Source: Escherichia phage ST31
Reading direction: 5' to 3' (one strand)
Sequence record: NC_047829.1
Length of the DNA stretch: 39,693 nucleotides
Part shown: positions 25,645 to 35,998 of the stretch, piece after piece
How the letters are laid out: each line of letters begins with the position of its first letter
Position numbering within the stretch: position 1 is the first letter of the stretch
Position numbers and translations under genes: made by a program
Notes under the pieces: generated by a model
What the model saw: only the letters and a program-made list of their open reading frames with translations
Databases searched by the model: none
What the model was told of the DNA's origin: nothing

Positions 25645-27927
25645 ATGGCTAGTAATATTCAATCAGCTCTGGCTAATCGGACTATGGGTCGTGGCAGAGC
25701 GCCTGGTAAAACTATCGCCGTAAACTATCAAGCAGCAAACGTTCAGGCTCCCACTGGGGACTCCGGGCTGGCTCGTGCATTAACTAACTTCGTTGAGTCT
25801 GGGACAGGATTGTACAAGCAGTTCAAGGACGATGAGAAGACCAGAGCTGACGAGCGGTCTAACGAGATTATCCGTAAGTTGACACCTCAGCAGAGACGTG
25901 AGGCTATCCAGAACGGCACATTGCTGTATCAGGATGACCCTTACGCTATGGAAGCACTACGAGTCAAGACTGGTCGTAATGCTGCCTTTGCTGTAGACGA
26001 CGAGATTAACGTTAAGATTCAGAACGGTGAGTTCCGTACACGTCAGGACATGGAAGAGTATCGCCACCAGCGACTTCAGGACGCCGCTAAGTCCTATGCT
26101 GAAGAGGCTGGTATTAACCCTACCGATGAGTTCTTCCAGCGCGGGTTCAACGATAACATCACAGACCGCAACATCGCTATCTATGGGTCTTTCAATAAGT
26201 ATTTCAGCAAGCAGTCTGAAGAGACAGCAATGTTGAACACTCGTATTGAGATGAACTCGTTCCTTAACGATGGGGACCTGATGCGTTCGCCTGAGTCTGG
26301 AAAGACCTTCATGGCCTACCTTCGGGATGGACTAACGACTGCTGCTATCCCTTCGGACCAGCGAGTACGAGAGGTAATTACCCAGACGGTCCGTGACGCA
26401 ATCCAGAAGTCTGGCGGCTCAAACTTCCTACAGCAAGTGCGAGGAGAGCGAATCACACTTAACGGTGTGGACGCTACAGTCGAAGAGATTGTAGGACCTG
26501 ATGTCTTCAACGCTGCTATTGTTGAGGCACAAGGAACTGAGTACAAGCTGGTGGCTAAGTATCAGGAGGACTTAGCGTTAGGAGTTCAGTCTGCGATTCT
26601 TCAGGACGACCCAACCATCGGTCTTGCCCAGATTCAGAAACTCAAGGAGCAGAACAACCTGCTTCAGCCGGGTGAAGAACTCACGCCTCAGCGTCAGATG
26701 CTTATTAATGCCGAAGCTAGCTTACTGGAAGCGGTCAAGCGTAAGTCCGCTGAACAGGCGAAGGAGAACACTAAGTTAATCCAGGCCCAGAACAAGCAGC
26801 TAGTCATAGACCAAGTGTATCAGCGACGTCTTGCAGGGGACAACGTGTCCACCAACTATGAGGACCTTCCAGTCTCTGAAGCTACAGGAGAGTTCAAGCG
26901 TTCAGACATGAACAACTATGCGTCTGCTAAGCTACAGCAGATTGACCAGATGGACATCCCTGAGGCTGCTAAGGACGCCCAGAAGGTTGCATTGTTAAGA
27001 GCTGACACTAACAACGGTCCGTTCCGTAATGCCTTCCAAACGCTTACTCAGGACGCTGCTGGTGAGTGGCAAGCTGCGGTCATCCGTGGACAGTACGACC
27101 CAGACAAGATGCAACGCTTCGAATCTCTTCGTCGTGCCTACACTCAGGACCCTTCGAGTTTCGCTGCTCTGTATCCTGACCAAGCTCAGTTGTTCTCTAC
27201 GTTCGACCAGATGGACAAGATGGGTCTGGACCCTCAGACGATGATTGAAGCTGATAAGCAAGCTGCAAGTCAAAGCCGTGAGATGCGCATGGAGTCAGAC
27301 AAGGCGTGGCAGGAGTTGAAGAACGACTCTCGTAATAAGGACCTTTCGCGTCTTCCTACGTCTCTGGACTCAAGTGCTCGTAAGGTCTGGGACTCATGGT
27401 ACTATCGTACAGGTAACGCTGACGCCGCAACTCAGCAGACTCAACGCTGGCTGAATGAGAACACAGTAACGTTCCAGTCTGAAGGTTCTGACGGTAAGTC
27501 AATCGGCATGGTGTCCAAGCACCAGCTTATGGTCGGGGATAACCCAGAGTCGTGGCAGGTGGGTCGAGACATTATCGACACCGCCCGTAAGCAGCTCATT
27601 AAGGCTAACCCTTGGGTAGTGAACTCTCAGTTGTCCGTTGTTGAACAGAACGGCTCTATCTTCCTCCAAGACGCTACAGGTACTATTCGTATTCGCTACG
27701 ATAAGGAACTTGTAGGTAAACTCTACCGCGAACAACAGCAGAAGGCACAAGATGCCGCATATGCTCAGGCAGAACGTGACGCTAACAAGCGAGCGCGTAT
27801 CGTCGGGACTAAAGCTGCTGGTGATAAACGTCGAGCTGACCGAGAGGCCAACATCGAGAAGCGCGGAGGGATGTATAATGACGTCTCACTGGAGGGTATC
27901 GCAAACGTACTAATCGGTAAGGAGTAA
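25645..27927 (+). CDS. Internal virion protein B / core protein (T7 gene 15 homologue)
   Basis: 760 aa; long block DERSNEIIRKLTPQQRREA.QNGTLLYQDDPYAMEALRVKTGRNAAF near-identical to T7 gp15 as recalled. Confidence 0.95.
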   Translation: MASNIQSALANRTMGRGRAPGKTIAVNYQAANVQAPTGDSGLARALTNFVESGTGLYKQFKDDEKTRADERSNEIIRKLTPQQRREAIQNGTLLYQDDPYAMEALRVKTGRNAAFAVDDEINVKIQNGEFRTRQDMEEYRHQRLQDAAKSYAEEAGINPTDEFFQRGFNDNITDRNIAIYGSFNKYFSKQSEETAMLNTRIEMNSFLNDGDLMRSPESGKTFMAYLRDGLTTAAIPSDQRVREVITQTVRDAIQKSGGSNFLQQVRGERITLNGVDATVEEIVGPDVFNAAIVEAQGTEYKLVAKYQEDLALGVQSAILQDDPTIGLAQIQKLKEQNNLLQPGEELTPQRQMLINAEASLLEAVKRKSAEQAKENTKLIQAQNKQLVIDQVYQRRLAGDNVSTNYEDLPVSEATGEFKRSDMNNYASAKLQQIDQMDIPEAAKDAQKVALLRADTNNGPFRNAFQTLTQDAAGEWQAAVIRGQYDPDKMQRFESLRRAYTQDPSSFAALYPDQAQLFSTFDQMDKMGLDPQTMIEADKQAASQSREMRMESDKAWQELKNDSRNKDLSRLPTSLDSSARKVWDSWYYRTGNADAATQQTQRWLNENTVTFQSEGSDGKSIGMVSKHQLMVGDNPESWQVGRDIIDTARKQLIKANPWVVNSQLSVVEQNGSIFLQDATGTIRIRYDKELVGKLYREQQQKAQDAAYAQAERDANKRARIVGTKAAGDKRRADREANIEKRGGMYNDVSLEGIANVLIGKE

Positions 27928-27931
27928 CATA

Positions 27932-30900
27932 ATGGCGACTCGTGGTATTCGCAATAACAATCCGGGTAATATCCGGGTAAGTAAGGACCAATGGGAAGGA
28001 ATGACTGGAGATGATGGTGCATTCGTCATCTTTGATAGTCCAGAGTCTGGCGTCCGAGCTTTAGGTAAAAACCTGCTGTCCTACGGTCGCCAAGGCTATG
28101 ACTCCATCGAGAAGATTATCAACCGATGGGCACCTCCTAACGAGAACGACACTAAGGCTTATATTGACTCAGTGGTGGCTGCAACTGGTATTCCAGCTAC
28201 CCAGAGTCTCGACCTATCGAACCCGGACACCCTGTCTTCTCTGGTGCAAGCTATCAGCTTCCATGAGACAGGCTCCCGGTACAATCCTGAAGTTTATCAG
28301 CAGGGAGTCACACGAGCACTCAACGGTATCAGCCCAAAGACTCCACCAGTAAGCGCTAATGTATTTGACGCACTCACGGAAGGACTCAAGGCTAAACCTA
28401 AAGTAGCTCTGGGTGAGAACCTTCCGACCGCTGCTGGTCTGAACATTGAGGGTCAAGCACCTGAAGCTCCCAACGAATCGTTCGGTGAGATGTTCTATAA
28501 GGCTACTGGAGAGACCATGCAGGAACGAGAGGACCGCTCTACGTGGTTCGGTTTCGGTGCGGCTACAGAAGCTGAAGTGAAGAACTCTATGGTCGGCGTG
28601 GCTATCCGCGCTGGTCAGACAGAGGACTCACTGGATGTCATTGGAGATGTGTTTAACCCTACCAGATGGAACAACCATAAGTGGACTCGCGAGGAGCTGG
28701 ACCAGATTCGTAACGCTGGGGTTCTGCCTCAGTATTATGGAGTCATTACTGGTGGGTCTCCTCAGAACCTGACCGAGCTTATTAACTTGGCTCTTGAGAA
28801 CCAGAAGTTGGACCAAGAGAAGGCCAAGTCTGGGACTGGTGCTCAGTTAGCTGCTGGTGTGATTGGTGCTGGTGTAGACCCTCTGACATACGTTCCTATC
28901 GCTGGACAGGTTGGTAAAGGCGGTAAGCTGGTCAACAAGATGTTCACCGTGGCTGCTCAATCTGGAGCACTGGCTGGTGTGTCTGAGATGGCCCGTACCT
29001 CAGTGGCTGGTGGTGATGCTCATGTGGCTGAAGCTATCCTTGGCGGTGCTCTCTTCGGTGGTGGTATGACTGCTATCGCTGATGGGTTAGGCAGAGCCTT
29101 AGGTCGCAACACTAATGAGTTCGCTGGCCCAGCTACACGTCTGGAAGCTCGTGAGACCGCTCGTAACGTTGATGGTCAGGACCTGTCTCGTCTCCCTATT
29201 CAGGAAGGTGAGCAGACTTTTAGTCATCAAGGCGTTAAGTTCGCTGACGTTCCTAACGAGCCGGGTAGTGTACGACTTGAAGATGGTTCAATCCTGATTG
29301 GTGAGAACCCTCTGAACCCTAAGACACGTCAAGTCTTTGACGAAGTGATTGAGCCGGAACGTGCCGCTGCTGGTGTGAACCTTGGTGGACTTACCGAGAT
29401 TGGCCTGAAGCTACTTCGGTCCGAGAACCCTGAGATTCGTGGAGTAGCTGCTGACTTAGTGCGTTCACCGACTGGTATGCAGTCTGGGGCCTCAGGTAAA
29501 ATCGGGACCACTGCGTCAGACGTATTCGAGAGACTTCGTGCTGTGGACCATCGGTTCTACAACGACATCGACGATGCTGTTACTGAGGCGCTCAAGGACC
29601 CATACTTCCAGACAGCATTCTGGCGAGATAACTCAGCTTTGCGTGAGGATGTTTATAAGCGCGTGGCTTTGGCTATCGAAGATGGTAGTGGGAACCTGAA
29701 GGCTGAACTTACTCCGGGGGAACTGAAAGTCTATGACCTGCTGAAGAACCAGTTTGATGCAAAGCGCGAGATGATGGAGAACCCAGCGATGTTTGGTCGT
29801 ACAGATGCTCAGTCTATCTTTCCGGGTAGTAGATTCAAGGGGACCTACGTTCCTGTAGTCTACAGCTCTCAGATGAAGCAGCTTTATATCAAGGAGCTTG
29901 GAAGTCCAGAGGCATTACAGGAGGCAATCAAGAAGTCCTGGCTGACAAGCTACGCGTCAAGGCCTGAAGTCAAGGCGCGAGTGGACGAGATGTTAGCAGA
30001 GCAGTTACGGGCATCTCAACCAGCAGCAGGTAAGACTGTAGGTACTGCACCGAATCATCGTTCTTCTGTAGAAGCAGCCCGTGACCAGATGAAACTGGAC
30101 GATGCAGCTACACAGGCAATTGATAAGGTAGCGGAACTCAAAGATGTCCTTACCAACGCTGAGAAGCGAGTCGCAGACCGTGAAAAGAAACTCCAGAACT
30201 CAAAGGACCGACTGGCTTCTCATGAAGCTAAGCTGAAGGAGTTGGAAGAAAAGCTAGCCGCTAAACCTAAGAGCAAGACCATTCCTGTTAAGATTGAGAG
30301 TCGGAAGCAGATGATTGAGACACAGAAGTCTCACGTCCGTATTAACACCGAGCGTCTCGACTACATGAAGGGACAGGCTGATAAGGTTCGAGACAGAATC
30401 ACCAAAGCAACAACTGAAGCTGAGGCGGCTGTGGCAGCTGCCAAAGGACAGAAGACTTCTGTAGACGGTCAGGCCACTACTGCTGGTGAAACTACATCTG
30501 GTAACGCATCTCAAGCAGCACCAGAGGTGACTATGGATATGGTAGAGAAGTATGCTAATGATAAGGCTTATGGTATCTCCCATACAGAGCAGTTCGAACG
30601 TTCATCCGTAATGGAAGAGAACATCAACGGTCTGGTTGGTCTGGAGAACAATAGCTTCCTTGAGGCACGCAACCTGTTCGATAATGACATGGAAATCACC
30701 TTGCCAAATGGTAAGCAGTTCAGCGTAAATAGTCTACGTGAGTGGGACATGGACAAGATTGCCCCGGCCTACAACCGTCGAGTTAATGGCGATATTGCTA
30801 TCATGGCTGGTACAGGCAAAACCACGAAGGACATGAAGGACTTGGTTGAGACCCTGATGAACAAAGCTGGTGATGACGGAAAGTTGAAAGGTGAGGTATC

Positions 30901-32320
30901 TACCTTACGTGACACCTTGAAGATTCTCACTGGTCGTGCTCGACGTGATGGTGCTGACGATGCGGCCTTCGCTACCGTGATGCGCACAATGACAGACCTA
31001 TCGTTCTTCGCTAAGAATGCCTACATGGGTGTTCAGAACTTAACGGAGATTGGCGGTATGCTGGCTCGTGGTAACGTTCGTGCAATGATGCATGGAGTCC
31101 CGATTTTCCGTGACCTAGCCTTCCGTAACAAGAAGGTCGGGGCCTCAGAGATTAAGGACCTGCACAATGTTATCTTCGGTAAGGAACTAGACGACTCAAT
31201 CCGTCCGTCTAAACAGGATGTCATTGACCGTCTGAGATCTTACAGTGACCTAGGTCGTGGTACAGCTACAGCTCTGGGGACTGCCAAGTATTACACTGGT
31301 GAACTTGCAGTACGCTCTCCGTTCACTAAAGTCCTCAACGGTACGACAAACTACCTGTTAGATGCTGGACGTCAAGGCTTCCTGTCTGACATCGTGGAGC
31401 ATAGTCTGACTGGCAGTAAGCGTAAGTTCGATGACCGCTGGCTGAAGACCGCTGGTATCTCTGACGAGCAGTGGAAGGGCATTAAGTCCCTAATCCGTGA
31501 GTCAGTGACTCGTGGTCCAGACGGGAAGTACACCATCAAGGATAAGAAGGCGTTCAGTCAGGACCCAAGGGCTATGGACCTGTGGCGTATGGGTGACACC
31601 ATCGCTGACGAAACGTTACTACGACCTCATAAGCTGTCTAACATGGATGCCAAGGCTTATGGTCCTCTCGCTAAGACTGTCCTTCAGTTTAAGAACTTCG
31701 TCATCAAGTCCATCAATGGACGTACCATGCGAACCTTCTATAACGCTACGAAGAACAACCGAGCGATGGACGCTGCTCTGTCCACTGTGATGTCTATGGG
31801 TCTGGCTGGTATCTACTACATGGCTCAGGCGCACGTCAAGGCTTACGCTATGCAGGATGGTCGAGACCGTGACTACCTCAAGCAGGCTCTTGACCCGACG
31901 ATGATTGGTTATGCGGCTCTATCCCGTAGTTCACATCTGGGTGGCCCACTTGGGGTAGCTAACATTCTGGGTGGCATCGCTGGGTATGAGGACACTAAGA
32001 TGCTCCGCTCGTCTATCCTACCTCGTTCACCTACAGAGAAGCCTGAACGTGCTATCACATATGGTGCGGCTACAAGTGACCCTGTGATGAATGTTGTTGG
32101 TAACTTCTTGGAGCAGGTTCCAGCTTTCGGATATGCTGCTAACGTTGGTGCTTCGGCTTACAACTTGGCTGGCTACCTCAAGGCTGATACTCGTGTCAAC
32201 GAACGTGACTACATGACCGGGATGTATAATACGTTCCGTGAACTGGTTCCGAACGACCCAATTACCCAGAAGCTATTACTTGGAACGTTTGAGGAGCAAG
32301 GCATCCACATCAAGGACTAA
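27932..32320 (+). CDS. Internal virion protein D (T7 gene 16 homologue) with a non-T7-like N-terminal module
   Basis: 1462 aa; body matches T7 gp16 (RLEARETARN, DLVRSPTGMQSGASGK, VKARVDEML, GISH..QF..SS..EENI.GLVG.ENNSFLEARNLFD, RRVNGDIAIMG, LRPHK, PNDP.TQ); first ~130 aa (MATRGIRNNNPGNIR...) lack the SLT signatures I recall. Confidence 0.95.
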   Translation: MATRGIRNNNPGNIRVSKDQWEGMTGDDGAFVIFDSPESGVRALGKNLLSYGRQGYDSIEKIINRWAPPNENDTKAYIDSVVAATGIPATQSLDLSNPDTLSSLVQAISFHETGSRYNPEVYQQGVTRALNGISPKTPPVSANVFDALTEGLKAKPKVALGENLPTAAGLNIEGQAPEAPNESFGEMFYKATGETMQEREDRSTWFGFGAATEAEVKNSMVGVAIRAGQTEDSLDVIGDVFNPTRWNNHKWTREELDQIRNAGVLPQYYGVITGGSPQNLTELINLALENQKLDQEKAKSGTGAQLAAGVIGAGVDPLTYVPIAGQVGKGGKLVNKMFTVAAQSGALAGVSEMARTSVAGGDAHVAEAILGGALFGGGMTAIADGLGRALGRNTNEFAGPATRLEARETARNVDGQDLSRLPIQEGEQTFSHQGVKFADVPNEPGSVRLEDGSILIGENPLNPKTRQVFDEVIEPERAAAGVNLGGLTEIGLKLLRSENPEIRGVAADLVRSPTGMQSGASGKIGTTASDVFERLRAVDHRFYNDIDDAVTEALKDPYFQTAFWRDNSALREDVYKRVALAIEDGSGNLKAELTPGELKVYDLLKNQFDAKREMMENPAMFGRTDAQSIFPGSRFKGTYVPVVYSSQMKQLYIKELGSPEALQEAIKKSWLTSYASRPEVKARVDEMLAEQLRASQPAAGKTVGTAPNHRSSVEAARDQMKLDDAATQAIDKVAELKDVLTNAEKRVADREKKLQNSKDRLASHEAKLKELEEKLAAKPKSKTIPVKIESRKQMIETQKSHVRINTERLDYMKGQADKVRDRITKATTEAEAAVAAAKGQKTSVDGQATTAGETTSGNASQAAPEVTMDMVEKYANDKAYGISHTEQFERSSVMEENINGLVGLENNSFLEARNLFDNDMEITLPNGKQFSVNSLREWDMDKIAPAYNRRVNGDIAIMAGTGKTTKDMKDLVETLMNKAGDDGKLKGEVSTLRDTLKILTGRARRDGADDAAFATVMRTMTDLSFFAKNAYMGVQNLTEIGGMLARGNVRAMMHGVPIFRDLAFRNKKVGASEIKDLHNVIFGKELDDSIRPSKQDVIDRLRSYSDLGRGTATALGTAKYYTGELAVRSPFTKVLNGTTNYLLDAGRQGFLSDIVEHSLTGSKRKFDDRWLKTAGISDEQWKGIKSLIRESVTRGPDGKYTIKDKKAFSQDPRAMDLWRMGDTIADETLLRPHKLSNMDAKAYGPLAKTVLQFKNFVIKSINGRTMRTFYNATKNNRAMDAALSTVMSMGLAGIYYMAQAHVKAYAMQDGRDRDYLKQALDPTMIGYAALSRSSHLGGPLGVANILGGIAGYEDTKMLRSSILPRSPTEKPERAITYGAATSDPVMNVVGNFLEQVPAFGYAANVGASAYNLAGYLKADTRVNERDYMTGMYNTFRELVPNDPITQKLLLGTFEEQGIHIKD

Positions 32321-32338
32321 ACTATCACTATAGGAAAC
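32316..32338 (+). promoter_or_regulatory. Phage RNA polymerase promoter (phi17-like)
   Basis: AAACTATCACTATAGGAAAC overlapping gene 16 stop. Confidence 0.75.
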
Positions 32339-32385
32339 GGGAGGCGCTACCATAGGTCTCCCTTTAATTCATAACAGGAGGCATA

Positions 32386-34851
32386 ATGTCCACGATTACA
32401 CAATTCCCTTCAGGAAACACTCAGTACAGGATTGAGTTCGACTACCTAGCCAGAACGTTTGTTGTTGTTACGCTGGTGAATAGCTCTAACCCTACCCTGA
32501 ACCGTGTACTGGAAGTTGGTCGAGATTACCGATTCCTTAACCCAACGATGATTGAGATGTTGATTGACCAATCAGGTTTCGACATCGTTCGTATTCATCG
32601 TCAGACTGGAACTGACTTAGTGGTAGACTTCAGGAACGGCTCAGTGTTGACAGCTAGTGACCTGACCAATGCAGAGCTTCAGGCTATCCATATTGCAGAA
32701 GAAGGTCGAGACCAAACTGTTGACTTAGCGAAGGAATATGCCGATGCTGCTGGTGACTCTGCGGGCAACGCTAAGGATAGCGAGGACGAAGCACGACAAA
32801 TCGCTGCGGGTATCAAGGCGGCTGGTCTACTTGGTTATATTACCCGTCGCTCCTTCGAGAAAGGCTTCAACGTTACAACATGGAACGAGGTCCTGCTATG
32901 GGAAGAGGATGGTGCTTATTACCGCTGGGATGGTACGTTTCCAAAGAACGTCCCTGCTGGTTCAACTCCTGAATCATCTGGTGGAATCGGATTAGGGGCG
33001 TGGGTTAGCGTTGGCGATGCTTCTTTGAGACAATGGGTCTATAAAAATACAACTATAGCATTTAATAGTGTTTCAGAGTTAATGTCTGGGACTCTGCCAT
33101 CAGGGGAGAGTGCCGCATTCAGCGAAGGGATGACTGTAAAAACATATAAAAACAAACATGGAATAAAATCTGAATCAGATTGGCTAATATCAACAACACA
33201 AGATAATGCAACATACTCCATCCCAATAGCTGGTGGTTTTTATGCCAACTTAATTGTAAGAGAAAGGATGTGTTTTGCAGAGTTTGGTTATGGTAGTGCA
33301 AACCCAGCGGATAACCCATTAGCTGTTGATGAGGCATGTCGGGTCGCACGGGCCAATCCAGTAGTCCATACGCTTGTGTTCCCTTCTGGCTCATTCCAGT
33401 GTAGTGACACAATACGCCTGGATGTAGACCGCCGTGGTTTTACGTTCGATGGGGCAGGGCGTGATAACAGTATAATTTTATCATCTGCTTCTGACATATC
33501 GCTGCACCACGTAGGCATAGACCCCCGCAATTCTACGCGTGACCGGCTTCACTGGCACCAGACAGTTAAAGGTTTTACTGTGAATGGCCAAGTGGACTCT
33601 TTGGCAGCGTCCGCTGCTCGTCGTACAGTATCAACAGCTCCATATGGAATATATGGCTATAAATCCATAAACCACAGAATCTCAAACTATGATGTCCTCC
33701 ACCTTGTTGGACAATTTGACGCTTTCTCTCAAGGGGCAACATCAGGGAGTACTCATACACAATATGGAATGCGCGTCCGAAATAACTCAAACAAAGTGAC
33801 AGGGTATATTGGCGGTGCAAGCAGAGGTTGTACTGTGTCTATTGAGGGTGGACGCACGAGTTTAACTGTTGCGGCAAATGCTGGAGACACTACTATAACG
33901 GTTGCGAATGCAGCAGCCTTTGACACACTGTTTGAACTAGGTTTTGGATCACCTCTTGTAGAAACAAAACGTATAGCCTCTATCAATGGTAATGTTATTA
34001 CTCTGGATAAAGGACTAACTAATTCCTACGCATCAGGGTCTGTTGTGGAAGTCCCATGTATAGCTAATGCAGTTACTAACGCAACTATAGAAACAGGCGA
34101 GATTCGTATTGGTGACAGTCAGGCAACATATATGGCAGGTAACTATAGCGAAGAAGCGAAGATATATATCACTAAGTATGTGCGAGCGTTAACGATCACT
34201 GGAATGTCAACAGCCGAGTCATCCCCAGCCATTACAATTGATGTGGATAAACGCTCATCCATCAAAATTGAAGGAAACGATACCACTTTTTCTATTGCTG
34301 TTAACATTACCGATCGCTCTGGGTCTGTAGGGGAGCGTATAGATTTATATAATGCCCCTAAGCTGGATATTAGTATGAACACTCGCGTCCAAAACCCAAT
34401 ACTCTTGAACGGAGTATATGGGCTTAGTAGTCTTAAGATTGATAAGACATTTGATACTGTTATCCAAGACGACCGTTTTACCCGAATGACTTTCTCTGGC
34501 TTCAATTACGTTGCTCCGGCTGGGGGTTCTACCGCTGAAGTAATGAAGTTTTTCCAAGATGCTACACAGTTCGGGTTTGATGGTTACACGTTTGACTTGG
34601 ATATTGTATGCAGAAGGGATGGTAATTCCTCTGCTGTTACACCTGGCATACTGAAGCGGTATGGAACATCGTCAGCCGCACCAGTTGCACAAAATAGCGC
34701 TCCTGTAAGCCTATTCTCTGATTTTAATGCTTCAACTGGTTATGATGTGTTTATCGGTGCATCTGGCAACAGGGGTACTGTTCAAATCAGACCTAACCCA
34801 ACTTCGGCTATAAAAGCAGCTATATCGGGAACGGTAACATCTGCAATATAA
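32386..34851 (+). CDS. Tail fibre / tailspike: T7 gp17-like N-terminal anchor fused to a large distinct C-terminal receptor-binding domain
   Basis: 821 aa; first ~150 aa match T7 gp17 (FDYLAR.FVVVTL, DYRF, DL..AQI...H.AEE.RD); remainder unlike T7 fibre, rich in G/S/T/N/V turns typical of beta-helix tailspikes; DNA from ~33030 on is visibly AT-richer. Confidence 0.93.
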   Translation: MSTITQFPSGNTQYRIEFDYLARTFVVVTLVNSSNPTLNRVLEVGRDYRFLNPTMIEMLIDQSGFDIVRIHRQTGTDLVVDFRNGSVLTASDLTNAELQAIHIAEEGRDQTVDLAKEYADAAGDSAGNAKDSEDEARQIAAGIKAAGLLGYITRRSFEKGFNVTTWNEVLLWEEDGAYYRWDGTFPKNVPAGSTPESSGGIGLGAWVSVGDASLRQWVYKNTTIAFNSVSELMSGTLPSGESAAFSEGMTVKTYKNKHGIKSESDWLISTTQDNATYSIPIAGGFYANLIVRERMCFAEFGYGSANPADNPLAVDEACRVARANPVVHTLVFPSGSFQCSDTIRLDVDRRGFTFDGAGRDNSIILSSASDISLHHVGIDPRNSTRDRLHWHQTVKGFTVNGQVDSLAASAARRTVSTAPYGIYGYKSINHRISNYDVLHLVGQFDAFSQGATSGSTHTQYGMRVRNNSNKVTGYIGGASRGCTVSIEGGRTSLTVAANAGDTTITVANAAAFDTLFELGFGSPLVETKRIASINGNVITLDKGLTNSYASGSVVEVPCIANAVTNATIETGEIRIGDSQATYMAGNYSEEAKIYITKYVRALTITGMSTAESSPAITIDVDKRSSIKIEGNDTTFSIAVNITDRSGSVGERIDLYNAPKLDISMNTRVQNPILLNGVYGLSSLKIDKTFDTVIQDDRFTRMTFSGFNYVAPAGGSTAEVMKFFQDATQFGFDGYTFDLDIVCRRDGNSSAVTPGILKRYGTSSAAPVAQNSAPVSLFSDFNASTGYDVFIGASGNRGTVQIRPNPTSAIKAAISGTVTSAI

Positions 34852-34992
34852 AGGAAACCCTGATTCGGATGGTTTGTTTATCATCAGAAGGGTATTGAAT
34901 CGAAGGTTGTGGAGGTAGAGGCTAACTACACGCTGACCAACGTATGGTAACAACTTTGGGTCACGGACGACCCGCTTTAAACTGGAGGTTTT

Positions 34993-35187
34993 ATGATTGA
35001 GTTAGACTTCAAGAATGAGGTCCTTAAAGCCTCTCCTATCGTCGGGACCGCTGCGGCTGATGGTGCCAGTCGGTTCTTCTTCGGACTTACACTGAACGAA
35101 TGGTTCTACGTTGCAGCTATCGCGTACACCGTTGTCCAGATTGGTGTGCTAGTCTACAAAACGATTAAAGGAGGTGGTAAAACATGA
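34993..35187 (+). CDS. Holin, class II (T7 gene 17.5 homologue)
   Basis: 64 aa; SPIVGT..ADG.SR.FFGLTLNEWFYVAAIAYTVVQIG near-identical to T7 gp17.5 as recalled. Confidence 0.9.
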   Translation: MIELDFKNEVLKASPIVGTAAADGASRFFFGLTLNEWFYVAAIAYTVVQIGVLVYKTIKGGGKT

Positions 35188-35447
35188 CGCAGATGGACTT
35201 AGAGAAGTTCCTCTTGATGCTTGATACTGAACGTGCTCGACTCATGCTGCAAGACCTGCGGGATGACTCTAAGCGTTCACCTCAGCTCTACAACGCCATT
35301 GAGAAGCTACTTGCTCGTCACAACTTTGTGTTAAGCAAGGTGTCTGTGGACGAGAAGACGCTGGCTGATATGGAGGCCCTGAACGCAGAGTACGATAAGG
35401 TGCTTTCAGCGACTGAGGATAATGACACCGGGTATGGTGTTCAATAA
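35184..35447 (+). CDS. Terminase small subunit (T7 gene 18 homologue)
   Basis: 87 aa; F..MLDT, RSPQLYNAI.KLL.RH.F matches T7 gp18. Confidence 0.9.
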   Translation: MTQMDLEKFLLMLDTERARLMLQDLRDDSKRSPQLYNAIEKLLARHNFVLSKVSVDEKTLADMEALNAEYDKVLSATEDNDTGYGVQ

Positions 35448-35450
35448 GTG

Positions 35451-35496
35451 TTAGACTCAAGGTCATTACTATATGTAGTGGCCTTTATGGTTAACA
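35451..35496 (+). promoter_or_regulatory. RNase III processing hairpin (T7 R18.5-equivalent)
   Basis: TTAGACTCAAGGTCATTACTATATGTAGTGGCCTTTATGGTTAACAC; third copy of the conserved hairpin. Confidence 0.6.
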
Positions 35497-35548
35497 CTAA
35501 CTAGTGGAGGCGACTCTACGTGAAATCTGATAAACCGGGAGGGCAACT

Positions 35549-35998
35549 ATGCTCGAATTTTTAAAGAGAGCGGCTCCGTGGTTACTTGCAGCAGTGATGT
35601 TTGCTGGTGGCTACTACACCGCTAACAATAAGTGGGAGGCTAAGGTTAATGCAGAATACACCTCGAATCTTAAGGCATCGGAAGATACAAGGCTTGCTGT
35701 CCAAGCTGAAATCAACAAAGTGTCCAAACGGTTTCAGGACGAAATGTCCTCGCTGGAAGGCAGCACTGATAGGATTATTGCTGACCTTCAGTCTGACAAT
35801 AAGCGGTTGCGCATCCGAGTCAAACCAACGAGTGGAACCACGCAAAGTGACGGTCGATGCGTCATTGATGGTTACGCCGAACTTGACGAACGAGATGCTA
35901 AACGTCTTATCTCCATCGGACTGAAAGGAGACAAGTGGATTAAGGCCCTTCAGGACACTGTGAGAGCATTGCAGCAAGATAAGGAGGTGAAGCATTGA
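35549..35998 (+). CDS. Rz-like i-spanin (T7 gene 18.5 homologue)
   Basis: 149 aa; MLEFL..., N-terminal TM segment, [40 protein letters not shown] match T7 gp18.5. Confidence 0.92.
   Translation: MLEFLKRAAPWLLAAVMFAGGYYTANNKWEAKVNAEYTSNLKASEDTRLAVQAEINKVSKRFQDEMSSLEGSTDRIIADLQSDNKRLRIRVKPTSGTTQSDGRCVIDGYAELDERDAKRLISIGLKGDKWIKALQDTVRALQQDKEVKH
35649..35924 (+). CDS. Rz1-like o-spanin lipoprotein embedded in +1 frame inside Rz gene
   Basis: Nested ORF (track 35601-35924) with signal-like stretch [17 protein letters not shown] (lipobox ISGC); start codon uncertain (ATG 35649 has GGGAGG upstream). Confidence 0.5.
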   Translation: MQNTPRILRHRKIQGLLSKLKSTKCPNGFRTKCPRWKAALIGLLLTFSLTISGCASESNQRVEPRKVTVDASLMVTPNLTNEMLNVLSPSD

